64,000 bases of DNA from the sequence record MN871451.1; one strand, written 5' to 3'. Made by a program: the position numbers and the translations under genes. The notes beneath the pieces are model-generated. The model ran no database searches. It was not told the DNA's origin and was given only the letters and a program-made list of their open reading frames with translations. Positions 9,176 to 18,437 of this stretch are shown here, one piece after another (the stretch's first letter is position 1; the number at the start of each line of letters is the position of its first letter).

Positions 9176-10048
9176 TTATTTTGCTAAAGCAATCAGTTTC
9201 TCAGCAGTTTCATCCATTGCCGTCCGTTGGGATTCAACGTAGGTGTAAGTCGCTGCGTAAAGCTCCGCCATTTTCGCCATCTGGAAAACGACCTCGGTCA
9301 GATCGTTAATGGTCTTAGCATTAAGACGATAGGGTAAGTTACTGTCCTTGATTTGTTTAGACAGAGTTTCCAACATCTCTGCACAGCGATCAACGGTGCC
9401 TTTCACGAGGTCCAAATTACCCTTATGGAGTGCGGTAGAAATCTCTTGGGTCTTAGCGTAAACCTTAACCGTATCACCGTTACGTTCGGTACATTCACCG
9501 TAAGCGCGAAGGTTAGTTTTCACATTCCCTTTCAGATAAGCGGTCAACGACTGAATGTGAGAATCAATGTCAATTTGACTGATACGATTCACTGTCCCTA
9601 CGGTAGTGAATTTTTCTGGGTCAGTAATGGCGACTGCCAGGAATTTTTCAAACGGATTCAGGTAATCGTCGTAAAAGTCCACGGAGAATTTCACCGGGAG
9701 TCTCCATGAATCCAGCAGTTCCAGCCAGGTACCAGATAAACCCGGAACCACTTGTACACGCTGACCGGTGATATCCGCGTACAGTATAGAATCCAGTGCT
9801 TTTTCCAGTTTGATCTGTTGACTGGTTTTAGGTTTCGCGCTGTCTTTAAAATCGCTCAGTTTATCAACTGGACTGCTAAAGCGCCCCGCAATTTTATTCA
9901 GGAACCCAGCAAAGCGATCGACGACACCCATCGCTGCCCGTTGGATAGAGAGCGCTTCATTACTGGGCGTGGAGTGGACAGGGATTTCTTTGGTCATTGC
10001 AATAATGGCATTTTTTTCAGCGTTCAAATATTCCATTGAGAATGGCAT
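9176..10048 (-). CDS. Putative head protein (phiKZ gp153-like position)
   Basis: 290 aa; N-terminal FSME matches the S/A/G-x-E prohead protease motif; TATG core about 40 nt upstream (CATA 10089-10092). Confidence 0.6.
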   Translation of the reverse strand: MPFSMEYLNAEKNAIIAMTKEIPVHSTPSNEALSIQRAAMGVVDRFAGFLNKIAGRFSSPVDKLSDFKDSAKPKTSQQIKLEKALDSILYADITGQRVQVVPGLSGTWLELLDSWRLPVKFSVDFYDDYLNPFEKFLAVAITDPEKFTTVGTVNRISQIDIDSHIQSLTAYLKGNVKTNLRAYGECTERNGDTVKVYAKTQEISTALHKGNLDLVKGTVDRCAEMLETLSKQIKDSNLPYRLNAKTINDLTEVVFQMAKMAELYAATYTYVESQRTAMDETAEKLIALAK

Positions 10049-10154
10049 GATCTATACCTTATGTAGTCAGTAATCTAAAGAGCGTTAACATAAAATTAAA
10101 TACCTTCCTTAATTGTAATGAAGACAATTCATAAAACAGAACCAAGGATTATCA

Positions 10155-11570
10155 ATGAGCGGATTTTCACTGAGCCCGGCGGGTGTCATGAGCGAAGATA
10201 AGAAAGCCGATGCCTCTACCCCTAAACTGAACACCAACTGTTTGTTTGATCATTTCTCTGGTCGTTACGTCGAAGGCGAAGCCGGGGAAATGTATTTAAA
10301 CGGTGGGGTGGCGAATATCAACGCCGTCGTAGGCGAGAACAACCAGTTTAAATCGACCCTGGCTGATTTCATGATGTTACAGCCTCAGGAACTGTACTAC
10401 GATGCCGTCAACAGCTTTTTCTACGAGACCGAAGGCTCTAAAGATATTGAAGGTTTAGGGTACCGTGCTGCCAGAATGCCGCGTATCACCGAACACGGCC
10501 TCGAAGAGAATGAAAAGTTTCTCTTCACTAACATGTTAAAAATGTCCGGGAACGACTATTGGGACGTCCGTAAAAAATACGGCGAAATGAAAGTCGATAA
10601 GAAAACGAAAGTCCCTATGTTGACCACTCCGTTCCCTAACCATGACGGACAGCTGATCAAGATGTATCCGCCAACCATGGAAGAAATCGATTCCTGGTCA
10701 ATGATGTCTTTTGACGCCATTGAAGAAAAATTTGGCGATAACGAAATCGGCTCGAAAGACAACAACATGATCTTCATGAACGACGGGCGTTACAAAACCC
10801 AGATCATGATGCAGATGCCAGGGCTCAATGGCCGCCATTCGTTCTATTCCATGTTAACTGCCCATATCGGGGCGAAAGCGAATATGGACCCGAATGCGCC
10901 TCCGCACAAAATCATGGCCGACCTCCAGTCCGGTAAGACGATCAAGAACGCCACCGAAAAATTCACCTTTATTCCGAATAACATGTGGTTTGTTCACGGT
11001 CGTTCTCCGCTAACTGACGGCTCGCGTCTTCCGCTTTACGGTCGCGGTGAAATGGGATCGAAGGAAGACAAAGACCTCGTTAAAGTGCGTTGTATGAACC
11101 TGCGCGGTAAATATGGTCAATCCGGTGCACCGTTTGAGCTGGTCTTCTCTCAGGCAGAAGGCTTACTCGTTCACTTAACTCAGCTACACTACCTGCGCGA
11201 AACGAATAAGTATTACGGGATGGGTAGTAATACAACTAACCTCTCTCTGGCGATCTACCCGGAAGTATCTTTCACGCGTAACGCCGTCCGTGACAAAATC
11301 GACGACGACTATAAACTGCGCCGTGCGTTAGAGCTGACCTCTGGTCTGTGTCAGATTCGTAACTTCATGTGGAAACTGGAAGGTTATGCGATGACCCCGC
11401 CAGAGATCTTCGAAAAGATCAAAGAGCAAGGTTACGATTGGGACGAGCTGTTAGGGGAAACTCGCGGCCATTGGCAGTTCAAGGAAATCAAAGAAGAGAA
11501 ACATTTCCTGAGCAGCTATGACCTGATCAGAATTGCAATGGGTAAATACAAACCTTACTGGAAACAGTAA
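10155..11570 (+). CDS. uvsX: UvsX/RecA-like recombinase (phiKZ gp152-like)
   Basis: Divergent Walker A GENNQFKST, Walker B-like MEEIDSWS, RecA-fold spacing, C-terminal strands RCMNLRGKYGQSG; synteny with RNase H and the vRNAP subunit. Confidence 0.8.
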   Translation: MSGFSLSPAGVMSEDKKADASTPKLNTNCLFDHFSGRYVEGEAGEMYLNGGVANINAVVGENNQFKSTLADFMMLQPQELYYDAVNSFFYETEGSKDIEGLGYRAARMPRITEHGLEENEKFLFTNMLKMSGNDYWDVRKKYGEMKVDKKTKVPMLTTPFPNHDGQLIKMYPPTMEEIDSWSMMSFDAIEEKFGDNEIGSKDNNMIFMNDGRYKTQIMMQMPGLNGRHSFYSMLTAHIGAKANMDPNAPPHKIMADLQSGKTIKNATEKFTFIPNNMWFVHGRSPLTDGSRLPLYGRGEMGSKEDKDLVKVRCMNLRGKYGQSGAPFELVFSQAEGLLVHLTQLHYLRETNKYYGMGSNTTNLSLAIYPEVSFTRNAVRDKIDDDYKLRRALELTSGLCQIRNFMWKLEGYAMTPPEIFEKIKEQGYDWDELLGETRGHWQFKEIKEEKHFLSSYDLIRIAMGKYKPYWKQ

Positions 11571-11590
11571 TGTAGCTATCGAGGTGTAAC

Positions 11591-11878
11591 ATGGTACGTC
11601 AAGAAGCACGTTTTCACATGACCATGTTACTGTCGCAGTACTCGCACGGCGTGGCGAATTTGTTTGATCGCAAATTTAATCACGAAGAGCGAGTACGCTC
11701 CAGTAATCGGGTCGAGATGCAAGAGATCAATGCGTTCTGGGAGAAGGAACTAAAAACCATCTCTCCGAGAGCGTCTCGTAATGTTCTACAGATTTCAACC
11801 GATAACGGCATCGATGCCTGGCTATCGGATTTCTCAGACCGTGTCCTCCCAGATATTATTTTCCGTTGGGGTAAATAA
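11591..11878 (+). CDS. Hypothetical protein
   Basis: 95 aa, GAGGTG RBS, coupled to the next gene. Confidence 0.65.
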   Translation: MVRQEARFHMTMLLSQYSHGVANLFDRKFNHEERVRSSNRVEMQEINAFWEKELKTISPRASRNVLQISTDNGIDAWLSDFSDRVLPDIIFRWGK

Positions 11879-12363
11879 TGGCACGGTTCAAGGTGATGGT
11901 TTCGGGTTGCCGTCATTACCGTAACTATTACCAGTTTGCAAAACATATGGATAAACTCACGTCTCGGTTCCCCCCAGAAGAAATTGTCATTCTGGAAGGC
12001 GGTGCTAACGGGACGGATTACCTGGCGTTCCTATATGCATTACGGAGAGGACTCCGTTGTTTAACCTTCCCAGCAGATTGGGACGGAAAGGGGAAAGGCG
12101 CAGGATTTATTCGTAATGCCGAAATGATGGCAGTGGCTACACACTGTGTAACGTTCTGGGATGGGGAATCTAAGGGGACAGGTGACGTGGTTCGCCGGAT
12201 ATCCGAATACCGCGTTTCCCATCGCAGTATCACTATTCCTAAAGAGGTTAAAAATGAAAAACCGCGTCGCCGCCACAGCGGTTTGCGTAAGGCTGATGGA
12301 AGAACTCTTTCCCGGATCAGGAAACGCCATGCAAATTGGCAAAGATCTGGAAGCACTGAGTGA
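11878..12363 (+). CDS. SLOG superfamily protein (DUF2493/YspA-like)
   Basis: KVMVSGCR, ILEGGANGTD, FPADW-GKGAGFIRN-M, FWDGESKGT are characteristic of this family. Confidence 0.8.
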   Translation: MARFKVMVSGCRHYRNYYQFAKHMDKLTSRFPPEEIVILEGGANGTDYLAFLYALRRGLRCLTFPADWDGKGKGAGFIRNAEMMAVATHCVTFWDGESKGTGDVVRRISEYRVSHRSITIPKEVKNEKPRRRHSGLRKADGRTLSRIRKRHANWQRSGSTE

Positions 12364-12925
12364 CGAAGAGTTTGACGGCATCATGGAAGGTATCCGCCAA
12401 GGAAAACCCATGATCTCCGCTACCTTACCTAACCTAACGTCACCAATCTACGACAACGCCCATCTTAAGGCCGTGGCAAAACGCTGGGGTGTGGAATTCT
12501 TCCAGTACCTTGAAATGGAAGACCCGGAAACGAAAAAGGTCTTTACTACGCCTGTTCGCTATATGGTCATTCGTGAGGGCGTTATTCGCTTACAGCAGAT
12601 GATCGAAGATAAGCAGAGTATCCCCGACGATAATACACACGTGGATGATCTCACTGGCCAGGTGACGGGTCCGTCGAAAGGCTCACGTATTTCCTTCCCG
12701 GAACTCAACAACATTGAATCCCTGGGCGGTAATGTATTAATCCGCGAACTGATCTCGGTACGTGGAGGCGATGAAGGCGCTAACCAGAAACTGGAAACTG
12801 ATATCTCACTTACCGGTGAAGGAACTGTGGCAAACGCCAAAGAATGGGGTACAGGCGTTACTGCCACGAAAAACTTCGCCACGCTCCTGCGTACCGCTCA
12901 CCTCGACACCACGTTGGATAAATAG
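12254..12925 (+). CDS. rpoB: Virion RNA polymerase beta subunit, C-terminal piece (phiKZ gp149-like)
   Basis: LTGQVTGPSKGSRISFPEL...ELISVRGGD aligns by eye with the RpoB C-terminus ([20 protein letters not shown]...EMLTVKSDD). Start at ATG 12254 after a GAGG RBS. Confidence 0.8.
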   Translation: MKNRVAATAVCVRLMEELFPGSGNAMQIGKDLEALSDEEFDGIMEGIRQGKPMISATLPNLTSPIYDNAHLKAVAKRWGVEFFQYLEMEDPETKKVFTTPVRYMVIREGVIRLQQMIEDKQSIPDDNTHVDDLTGQVTGPSKGSRISFPELNNIESLGGNVLIRELISVRGGDEGANQKLETDISLTGEGTVANAKEWGTGVTATKNFATLLRTAHLDTTLDK

Positions 12926-12927
12926 CC

Positions 12928-13404
12928 ATGATCAAAGAAGAAATTGAAATTCTCTCTGGCCAGGCACATCAGTTCACACTGGCTTTTAAGAACGACCTGA
13001 AAGACCCAACTGACATTGATGTCTTTACCGGGTTTGTATCGCAATATTATTCCGTAACTGCGCAACCGTTACTGGTTACCCGTGATCAGTTAATCTCGGT
13101 TCAAAATGAGATTCATTCCCGAGATATACTGGTTAACTACGTATTTGGTTTACGGTTCTTTGCATTGAGCCCATTCACGCGTAAAGAACTCAGTCAGATC
13201 ATTGACTCGTTTGCTAACGCGTCAGCGAATCGACCGACGCAGTCAGAAATACAAGACCTTTCTGTTGTCCCTAATGACGCTCAGATGTGGACTGTGAAGT
13301 TTAACGAAATCCTCTCGCTCTACGAGGCGAACACGTGGATCATTCCCTTGATGTCCCTTGGGTTTGTTTACCCGAGTTTCACTGAACTGGGTGAACAGGG
13401 ATGA
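12928..13404 (+). CDS. Conserved-type hypothetical protein
   Basis: 158 aa, tightly packed in the operon. Confidence 0.7.
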   Translation: MIKEEIEILSGQAHQFTLAFKNDLKDPTDIDVFTGFVSQYYSVTAQPLLVTRDQLISVQNEIHSRDILVNYVFGLRFFALSPFTRKELSQIIDSFANASANRPTQSEIQDLSVVPNDAQMWTVKFNEILSLYEANTWIIPLMSLGFVYPSFTELGEQG

Positions 13405-14102
13405 GACCACTACGTATCCATCTCAGATTAGACGATCTACTCGACACCCGGATGTCGGTGGCATTGAGTCTTAATTTTGACAAGGCCGTTAACATGATCG
13501 CCAAGGGTTATGGCCGGCGCCGTGGTGATTGGGTGATTTGGGAAGGTCTGGGTATTACCGAAGAGGCATGGAGAAAGGCTTATCGGGGACGTGATTCCGA
13601 GATCCTGAAGAAATCGGTCAGATCGAAATTGATCGGGGTCATTAAGGAAATTATTGAAGGGTCGGAGCAAGGTCCACGTATCTCGCCTACAGACCTCAAC
13701 GTTTCCGTAACGGTAAACGAATACCCGTATCGACTCACCAATAACGTCAGGGAGTCATTGTCCAAGGCCATCAAAACGTTCCTTCACCCGCAGACCAAAA
13801 TAGATTGGGTGAGAAAAAGCGATAAACAACTGACCCCGCAATCTGTAGCCAGTGATTTTACGCATTTTATTCATTACGATATTATTGGCTGGCTGGAGGA
13901 GCATATCGAGACACAGGAGTCGGTCAATCTTCTTAATACAGAATTGATTGGTCCAGCGTTATTCCAGACCAAACCGAACGTTGAAGATTTTGCGTATTTT
14001 AAAGATCTTCTTGATGACGTTCACCAATTGTCTGAACAATATGTCTCCCCTTCCTGGACGATCAGGTTTATCAGTGTTGAATATTTCAATGCCCCCTTTT
14101 GA
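13401..14102 (+). CDS. Conserved-type hypothetical protein
   Basis: 233 aa, ATGA overlap with the upstream stop. Confidence 0.7.
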   Translation: MRPLRIHLRLDDLLDTRMSVALSLNFDKAVNMIAKGYGRRRGDWVIWEGLGITEEAWRKAYRGRDSEILKKSVRSKLIGVIKEIIEGSEQGPRISPTDLNVSVTVNEYPYRLTNNVRESLSKAIKTFLHPQTKIDWVRKSDKQLTPQSVASDFTHFIHYDIIGWLEEHIETQESVNLLNTELIGPALFQTKPNVEDFAYFKDLLDDVHQLSEQYVSPSWTIRFISVEYFNAPF

Positions 14103-14106
14103 TTAT

Positions 14107-14134
14107 AGACAGAGAGGGATTCCCCTCTCTGTCT
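14107..14134. terminator. Bidirectional terminator hairpin
   Basis: AGACAGAGAGGG-attc-CCCTCTCTGTCT between convergent genes. Confidence 0.75.
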
Positions 14135-14140
14135 TATGCG

Positions 14141-14656
14141 TTATTCATCTTCTTTCATCCGTTCGAAGAATTCTTCACTGCTTTCTTCCCGGCGCGTCAG
14201 TTCCAGTTCTGATTCATTGATATCAGGGAACTGAGCCCTGACGTCACGATTGAAAACGGAAGGGTCGCGTTTCGGTTTCTCTGCCAACATTTTTTCCATC
14301 GGGGCCCCGTTGGTGCTACGACTCACTTCCATACTGAAGCGTTCCAGCATTTTAGCCACGTTATTAATGTTTGCGGCGGTCTCTTCTTTCTTGGCTGAGA
14401 TTTTCTTCTTGCCTAGTTCCTGACGGTCAATACCATCTAACGCATCTTTCAGGATGCTCATCTGGTCTTTGTCATTAACTGGAACCTTCCCGCCTTTGAT
14501 AATCTCATTGACAATCAACGCACGGACATTCTGGGTAAAATCCAAACGATCATCGCTGTCTTGCGGCATTCCGTCGGCAGGTCTGGCGCTCAGGACTTCA
14601 CCTTCTTTTTCTTCCGGGATAGGTTCAAACTCTTCGACTTGCTCATACGCGGCCAT
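14141..14656 (-). CDS. Acidic hypothetical protein
   Basis: ORF 14141..14668; GGAG RBS favours the MAAYEQ start at 14656. Confidence 0.7.
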   Translation of the reverse strand: MAAYEQVEEFEPIPEEKEGEVLSARPADGMPQDSDDRLDFTQNVRALIVNEIIKGGKVPVNDKDQMSILKDALDGIDRQELGKKKISAKKEETAANINNVAKMLERFSMEVSRSTNGAPMEKMLAEKPKRDPSVFNRDVRAQFPDINESELELTRREESSEEFFERMKEDE

Positions 14657-14681
14657 GTTAAACTCCATTATTTTTCAAGAC

Positions 14682-14696
14682 TATATCACCTTATTG
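14682..14696 (+). promoter_or_regulatory. Putative early promoter TATATCAC
   Basis: TATATCACCTTATTG, about 85-100 nt upstream of the GTG at 14782. Confidence 0.5.
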
Positions 14697-14781
14697 AGAA
14701 AGGTTTAAATCTGTTTAAAAAGATGCTGACTTCACTTCTATGTAAAGTAAAATCATTTCATAATCAATAACAGGAGGAGTT

Positions 14782-15297
14782 GTGCTTTCGTTCTTCCGCC
14801 GCCAGAAATTAGACCCTGTTAAAGCCGCCCTTAAATTAATCAACAAAGGAGAGAAATATGCCGTTACTCGTGACAACATTGAAACCCTCTATACCGCTAT
14901 GGCCAAGCTCCGTGAAAGTGTCCCTAACGACGTAGCTTACCGAGAACAGTATGTAGATCTTTACCGACCATTGAAAGAGTTCACTGATACCGTTAACCGA
15001 ATAAACGAAATCCTTAGTGAGCATCAGGCCGTTGTAGAGAACTACAATCTGAAACAAGCACTCACGCGCTATAAGCTCGACGAGTGGTTAGTTGACCACG
15101 AAAAACGCCGCGCTGATTATTATGCGTTTATTGATGTGTTAATCCCTTCCGTTGTCGAACATTTGCTTTTGCTCGACCAACTGAAAAAAGGGATGAATAA
15201 AAATCAATATCAAGGGATGCTTCTTTCTCTCTATACGGTGCACTGTGATATGTTGTCTATCGCCGAGGTACACCTACGTTATTTTAGTCAACGTTAA
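14782..15297 (+). CDS. Hypothetical protein
   Basis: 171 aa, strong AGGAGGAG RBS, GTG start. Confidence 0.75.
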   Translation: MLSFFRRQKLDPVKAALKLINKGEKYAVTRDNIETLYTAMAKLRESVPNDVAYREQYVDLYRPLKEFTDTVNRINEILSEHQAVVENYNLKQALTRYKLDEWLVDHEKRRADYYAFIDVLIPSVVEHLLLLDQLKKGMNKNQYQGMLLSLYTVHCDMLSIAEVHLRYFSQR

Positions 15298-15310
15298 AAA
15301 GGTCTACTCC

Positions 15311-16066
15311 ATGATCAAAAGCCGAGGAATCCCAGCCCGATTTCGTTTGGCAGAAGAGTTGCGACGTAACCGTGTAAATGAACACACCGGGCCCATGAAC
15401 CTGTTATCGCTAATGTTCAGAGAAGTCAGAAATGACCTGAACATTTCGTCGTTATTTTGGAATAATCGGTTATCGCAATACGTTAAAGATCCACGGAACA
15501 ATGTCGTACAGACGAGCCGTGGAAAATCGACAGAACGCAGTAATCTTAACCGTGAGCTGGCAAAGCAAGAGATGACGCTGCATAACTTCATTCGTGGGAT
15601 GCGAGTAATTCGCCCCATTAATCTGAAGTTTATTCTTCTCCTCGAACATCGTGACGGAACACGAACTTCTCATATCGACGAGATTGACGAAGAAGACCTA
15701 TACACGGAATATCATAACGAGAAATTCCCAACACGGTATAATGTCCTCCATCGTTTGTTCAGTGACATTAAACGTCAAATCATCAAAGACGAGGCCGATT
15801 GGGCGGAACGTGTTAATCGTTATGTCAATGACCCGTTAAACGGTTTTGTTGAACGTAACCGGCAGAGTACGGAACGGTCTAACCTGAACCGTGGGATACG
15901 GAATGCGGATATGTCCATTAAGGTCTTTACGAAGGCGTTAAAGGTCATTGACCCGTTACGTGTTTATCTGATGTTAGAACTGACGTTCCCGGACGATGTC
16001 GTTACATTCCATGAAGTCAGAATGGACGGCCGGTTCTTGAACGTTGCTGATGACCCGGATGAGTAG
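15311..16066 (+). CDS. Hypothetical protein with an internally duplicated domain
   Basis: Two copies of W-x-R-x-x-x-YV-x-DP-x-N...STERSNLNR...M-x-x-x-x-F; start at ATG 15311. Confidence 0.75.
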   Translation: MIKSRGIPARFRLAEELRRNRVNEHTGPMNLLSLMFREVRNDLNISSLFWNNRLSQYVKDPRNNVVQTSRGKSTERSNLNRELAKQEMTLHNFIRGMRVIRPINLKFILLLEHRDGTRTSHIDEIDEEDLYTEYHNEKFPTRYNVLHRLFSDIKRQIIKDEADWAERVNRYVNDPLNGFVERNRQSTERSNLNRGIRNADMSIKVFTKALKVIDPLRVYLMLELTFPDDVVTFHEVRMDGRFLNVADDPDE

Positions 16067-16075
16067 TCGAGAATA

Positions 16076-16109
16076 AAAGAAGAGTGGGGTCTTTACCCCA
16101 CTCTTCTTT
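16076..16109 (+). terminator. Terminator hairpin followed by TATG
   Basis: AAAGAAGAGTGGGGT-cttt-ACCCCACTCTTCTTT; TATG at 16109-16112. Confidence 0.7.
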
Positions 16110-16148
16110 ATGCACCTTCACTCTTTTATTTTTTGGAGCGCTCCCGCT

Positions 16149-16442
16149 ATGTCCGGAACAAATTCTACCGCTGTAAAAAATTTACTTAAAACGATCGAAG
16201 AGGACATTGAAAATTTTTTCAAGGAAGACCGTCACTCGGAAGCGGATGCAGTGTATTTTCTAGAGCAGTTGAATAACCGTATTTTTAGCACCATTTTCAC
16301 CAAAGAAGAAAAGATAGAATTCGTCGCCATTGCCGCCAGTCATTTCTACAGCCACGGTTTAACCCGATACCGTAACAGGACACCAAAAACCCTTTGGGAG
16401 AAGATTCGCTTTATTTTTAGTAAGGAGGACATATGGCGTTAG
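16149..16442 (+). CDS. Hypothetical protein
   Basis: MSGTNSTAVK... from ATG 16149 after GGAG; overlaps the next gene start. Confidence 0.6.
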   Translation: MSGTNSTAVKNLLKTIEEDIENFFKEDRHSEADAVYFLEQLNNRIFSTIFTKEEKIEFVAIAASHFYSHGLTRYRNRTPKTLWEKIRFIFSKEDIWR

Positions 16443-17500
16443 GCGTCAGTAATTACGTTAAGACCTTAAGTAACTCAGCGCAAACTGCTAAGGCTGCCGC
16501 GCAAACCCAAAGCTCATTAGTGGCAACGGGTGTTAAGGATTCGATGGTGGCCGTAGATGGTTACGGAAAGGAAACGAAAACCGTATTGAGTAACATGAAG
16601 AATATGGTTTTAGGGAAACTCGCTGAAACAAAGAATTATCTTTTAAACACCACTATCAGTGATTTAGGGTCGTTGAATGACCTGCTCACTCAAGCCAGCG
16701 CAGTAAAGAAAGACATCAGCGAATATACCAGTCAGCTGAGTAACGAGATTGGTCAAAGTATCAGTACCGTCAAAGGGATCTCTGATGAGGTTATCAATGG
16801 TGCTACCAGTACGCTTCAGGAAATTAACAGCACCGTCGATAGTACCTTTAGCGATGTCAATGGCGCGGTTACCCAGTTGACCTCTGCCGGAGATATCCTG
16901 AACGCGAATAATCTGATCAGTAGTGTTAATACCTTATTGGCCAATGCGGATATGACCTTTCAGAATTTGGAAGACAAACTGTCGATGACGGCACTGAAAT
17001 CTTCTATTCTCCAGCAGGCTTCATTTCTCGGACTCTCTAACGTTGTCTCCGCTGTCTACAGTAGCGATTCCTCTAATCCGACACTGACCGCGGCAATGGG
17101 CGACAGTCTACCGACGGTGTTGGCTTCTGGGAACCTGTCAATGGTCAAGGCGATGGTAGAAAGTTTAGGCGGTGTCTACATCTTACAGAAAGCCCCTGAT
17201 GCCGTACAACAGATTCTCCAGAACTATCGTTTTGGTAAAGTCATTGACGCGAACCAGTACAGTACTTACGCGACAGAGTTAGTCTCGGTCTTATCCTCCA
17301 TTGACCCACGTTGGAATGCTTCGCAGTTCACTCCTACAGGACATCGTCTGAGTGTCTTCCGGAATATTTCCACCAATGCGAAAACAGTACTGAATACATT
17401 ACCGGAATACGCTTACCAGATTGCAGTGGTTCAGCACTTTACAGAGAACACTGTGGTTGGATTAGCAAAACAACAATACACGTTTATCGCACTTGCATAA
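16433..17500 (+). CDS. Putative virion structural protein
   Basis: 355 aa, AAGGAGG RBS, S/T/N/A-rich helical composition, next to tail genes. Confidence 0.6.
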   Translation: MALGVSNYVKTLSNSAQTAKAAAQTQSSLVATGVKDSMVAVDGYGKETKTVLSNMKNMVLGKLAETKNYLLNTTISDLGSLNDLLTQASAVKKDISEYTSQLSNEIGQSISTVKGISDEVINGATSTLQEINSTVDSTFSDVNGAVTQLTSAGDILNANNLISSVNTLLANADMTFQNLEDKLSMTALKSSILQQASFLGLSNVVSAVYSSDSSNPTLTAAMGDSLPTVLASGNLSMVKAMVESLGGVYILQKAPDAVQQILQNYRFGKVIDANQYSTYATELVSVLSSIDPRWNASQFTPTGHRLSVFRNISTNAKTVLNTLPEYAYQIAVVQHFTENTVVGLAKQQYTFIALA

Positions 17501-17503
17501 AAC

Positions 17504-17533
17504 AGTAGAGAGGGCTTAATTGCCCTCTCTACT
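17504..17533 (+). terminator. Terminator hairpin
   Basis: AGTAGAGAGGGC-ttaatt-GCCCTCTCTACT. Confidence 0.7.
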
Positions 17534-17591
17534 CTATTTACACAGCACCGTTTATTGATGTAGAAAATATCTTTTCGATAAGGATGATGAG

Positions 17592-18395
17592 ATGCCTGCT
17601 GTTAAAAACCAGCCTGTATATCTTTACAACGGCGTTAAACGCACTGTCCCGGAAATCGTGGGGATTACGGGTATGAAAAGAATCACGGTTTACCAGAGAA
17701 TAAAGAGAGCGTTGGTAAAAACTCCCGGTATGAAGGATGTCGGACCCCTCTTCGTAAATTTAGTGGGGTACAAGAAAAGACTTTATCCTGTATTGAGTGA
17801 AGTCCTTACGTTAAGTGAGATCGTTGAACGGTACCGGTTAGATTACAGGAAAACACAATCTTCTTTATTCCGAGGAGATAGTGTTCTTACCGTATTGGAA
17901 CGCCGAGCTAAAAAGAGTCGACCAGAAATTATACACCCGAAGACCCGCGCAAAATTGAGAGCAAGTTTCTCAAGGATAAAGAACCGCAGCGGGAAATCGT
18001 TGACTCTTCCAGTTCATTGGACTTCGTACAGAAAGGCGTTTGACGAAATAGGTTATCCTAGAGAAGAAACTGATTTCTTGTGGATTGAAAAAACAGATGA
18101 GCCCCTCAATGCAATGAGTTGTTACTGGGCACCCGCTGAAAGACGCGCTGACTATACGCGGTACACAACGCAACCAGGGAGAATAGCAACCATCAACGTT
18201 GAGTGGGAAGGTCAGCACGTCTCTGTTGCAGAACTCGCCAGAGAAAAGGCAATCCCTTATACTACGTTACTTTATCGAGTGAAGAAAGGTTGGCCGAAAG
18301 AGGACTGGTTTAATCCAATAGACGAGAGTTGTCAACGACTCGCTCCGCGGGTAGCAAAACGTACCGTGAGTACGTTAAAATTAGAAACAGTATAA
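17592..18395 (+). CDS. Degenerate HNH homing-endonuclease-like protein with repeated helical DNA-binding modules
   Basis: Core HWTSYRKAFDEIGYP...SCYWAP aligns by eye with phage HNH (W-SFENF-DMG-RP...NCRWAT). C-terminal EWEGQHVSVAELAREKAIPYTTLLYRVKKGW module, with two related N-terminal copies. Confidence 0.6.
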   Translation: MPAVKNQPVYLYNGVKRTVPEIVGITGMKRITVYQRIKRALVKTPGMKDVGPLFVNLVGYKKRLYPVLSEVLTLSEIVERYRLDYRKTQSSLFRGDSVLTVLERRAKKSRPEIIHPKTRAKLRASFSRIKNRSGKSLTLPVHWTSYRKAFDEIGYPREETDFLWIEKTDEPLNAMSCYWAPAERRADYTRYTTQPGRIATINVEWEGQHVSVAELAREKAIPYTTLLYRVKKGWPKEDWFNPIDESCQRLAPRVAKRTVSTLKLETV

Positions 18396-18429
18396 AAAAG
18401 AGAGGGTGAAAACCCTCTCTTTTTTTTTT
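18394..18429. terminator. Bidirectional intrinsic terminator
   Basis: AAAAAAGAGAGGGT-gaaa-ACCCTCTCTTTTTT plus a T run; between convergent genes. Confidence 0.85.
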
Positions 18430-18437
18430 GTTTACTT

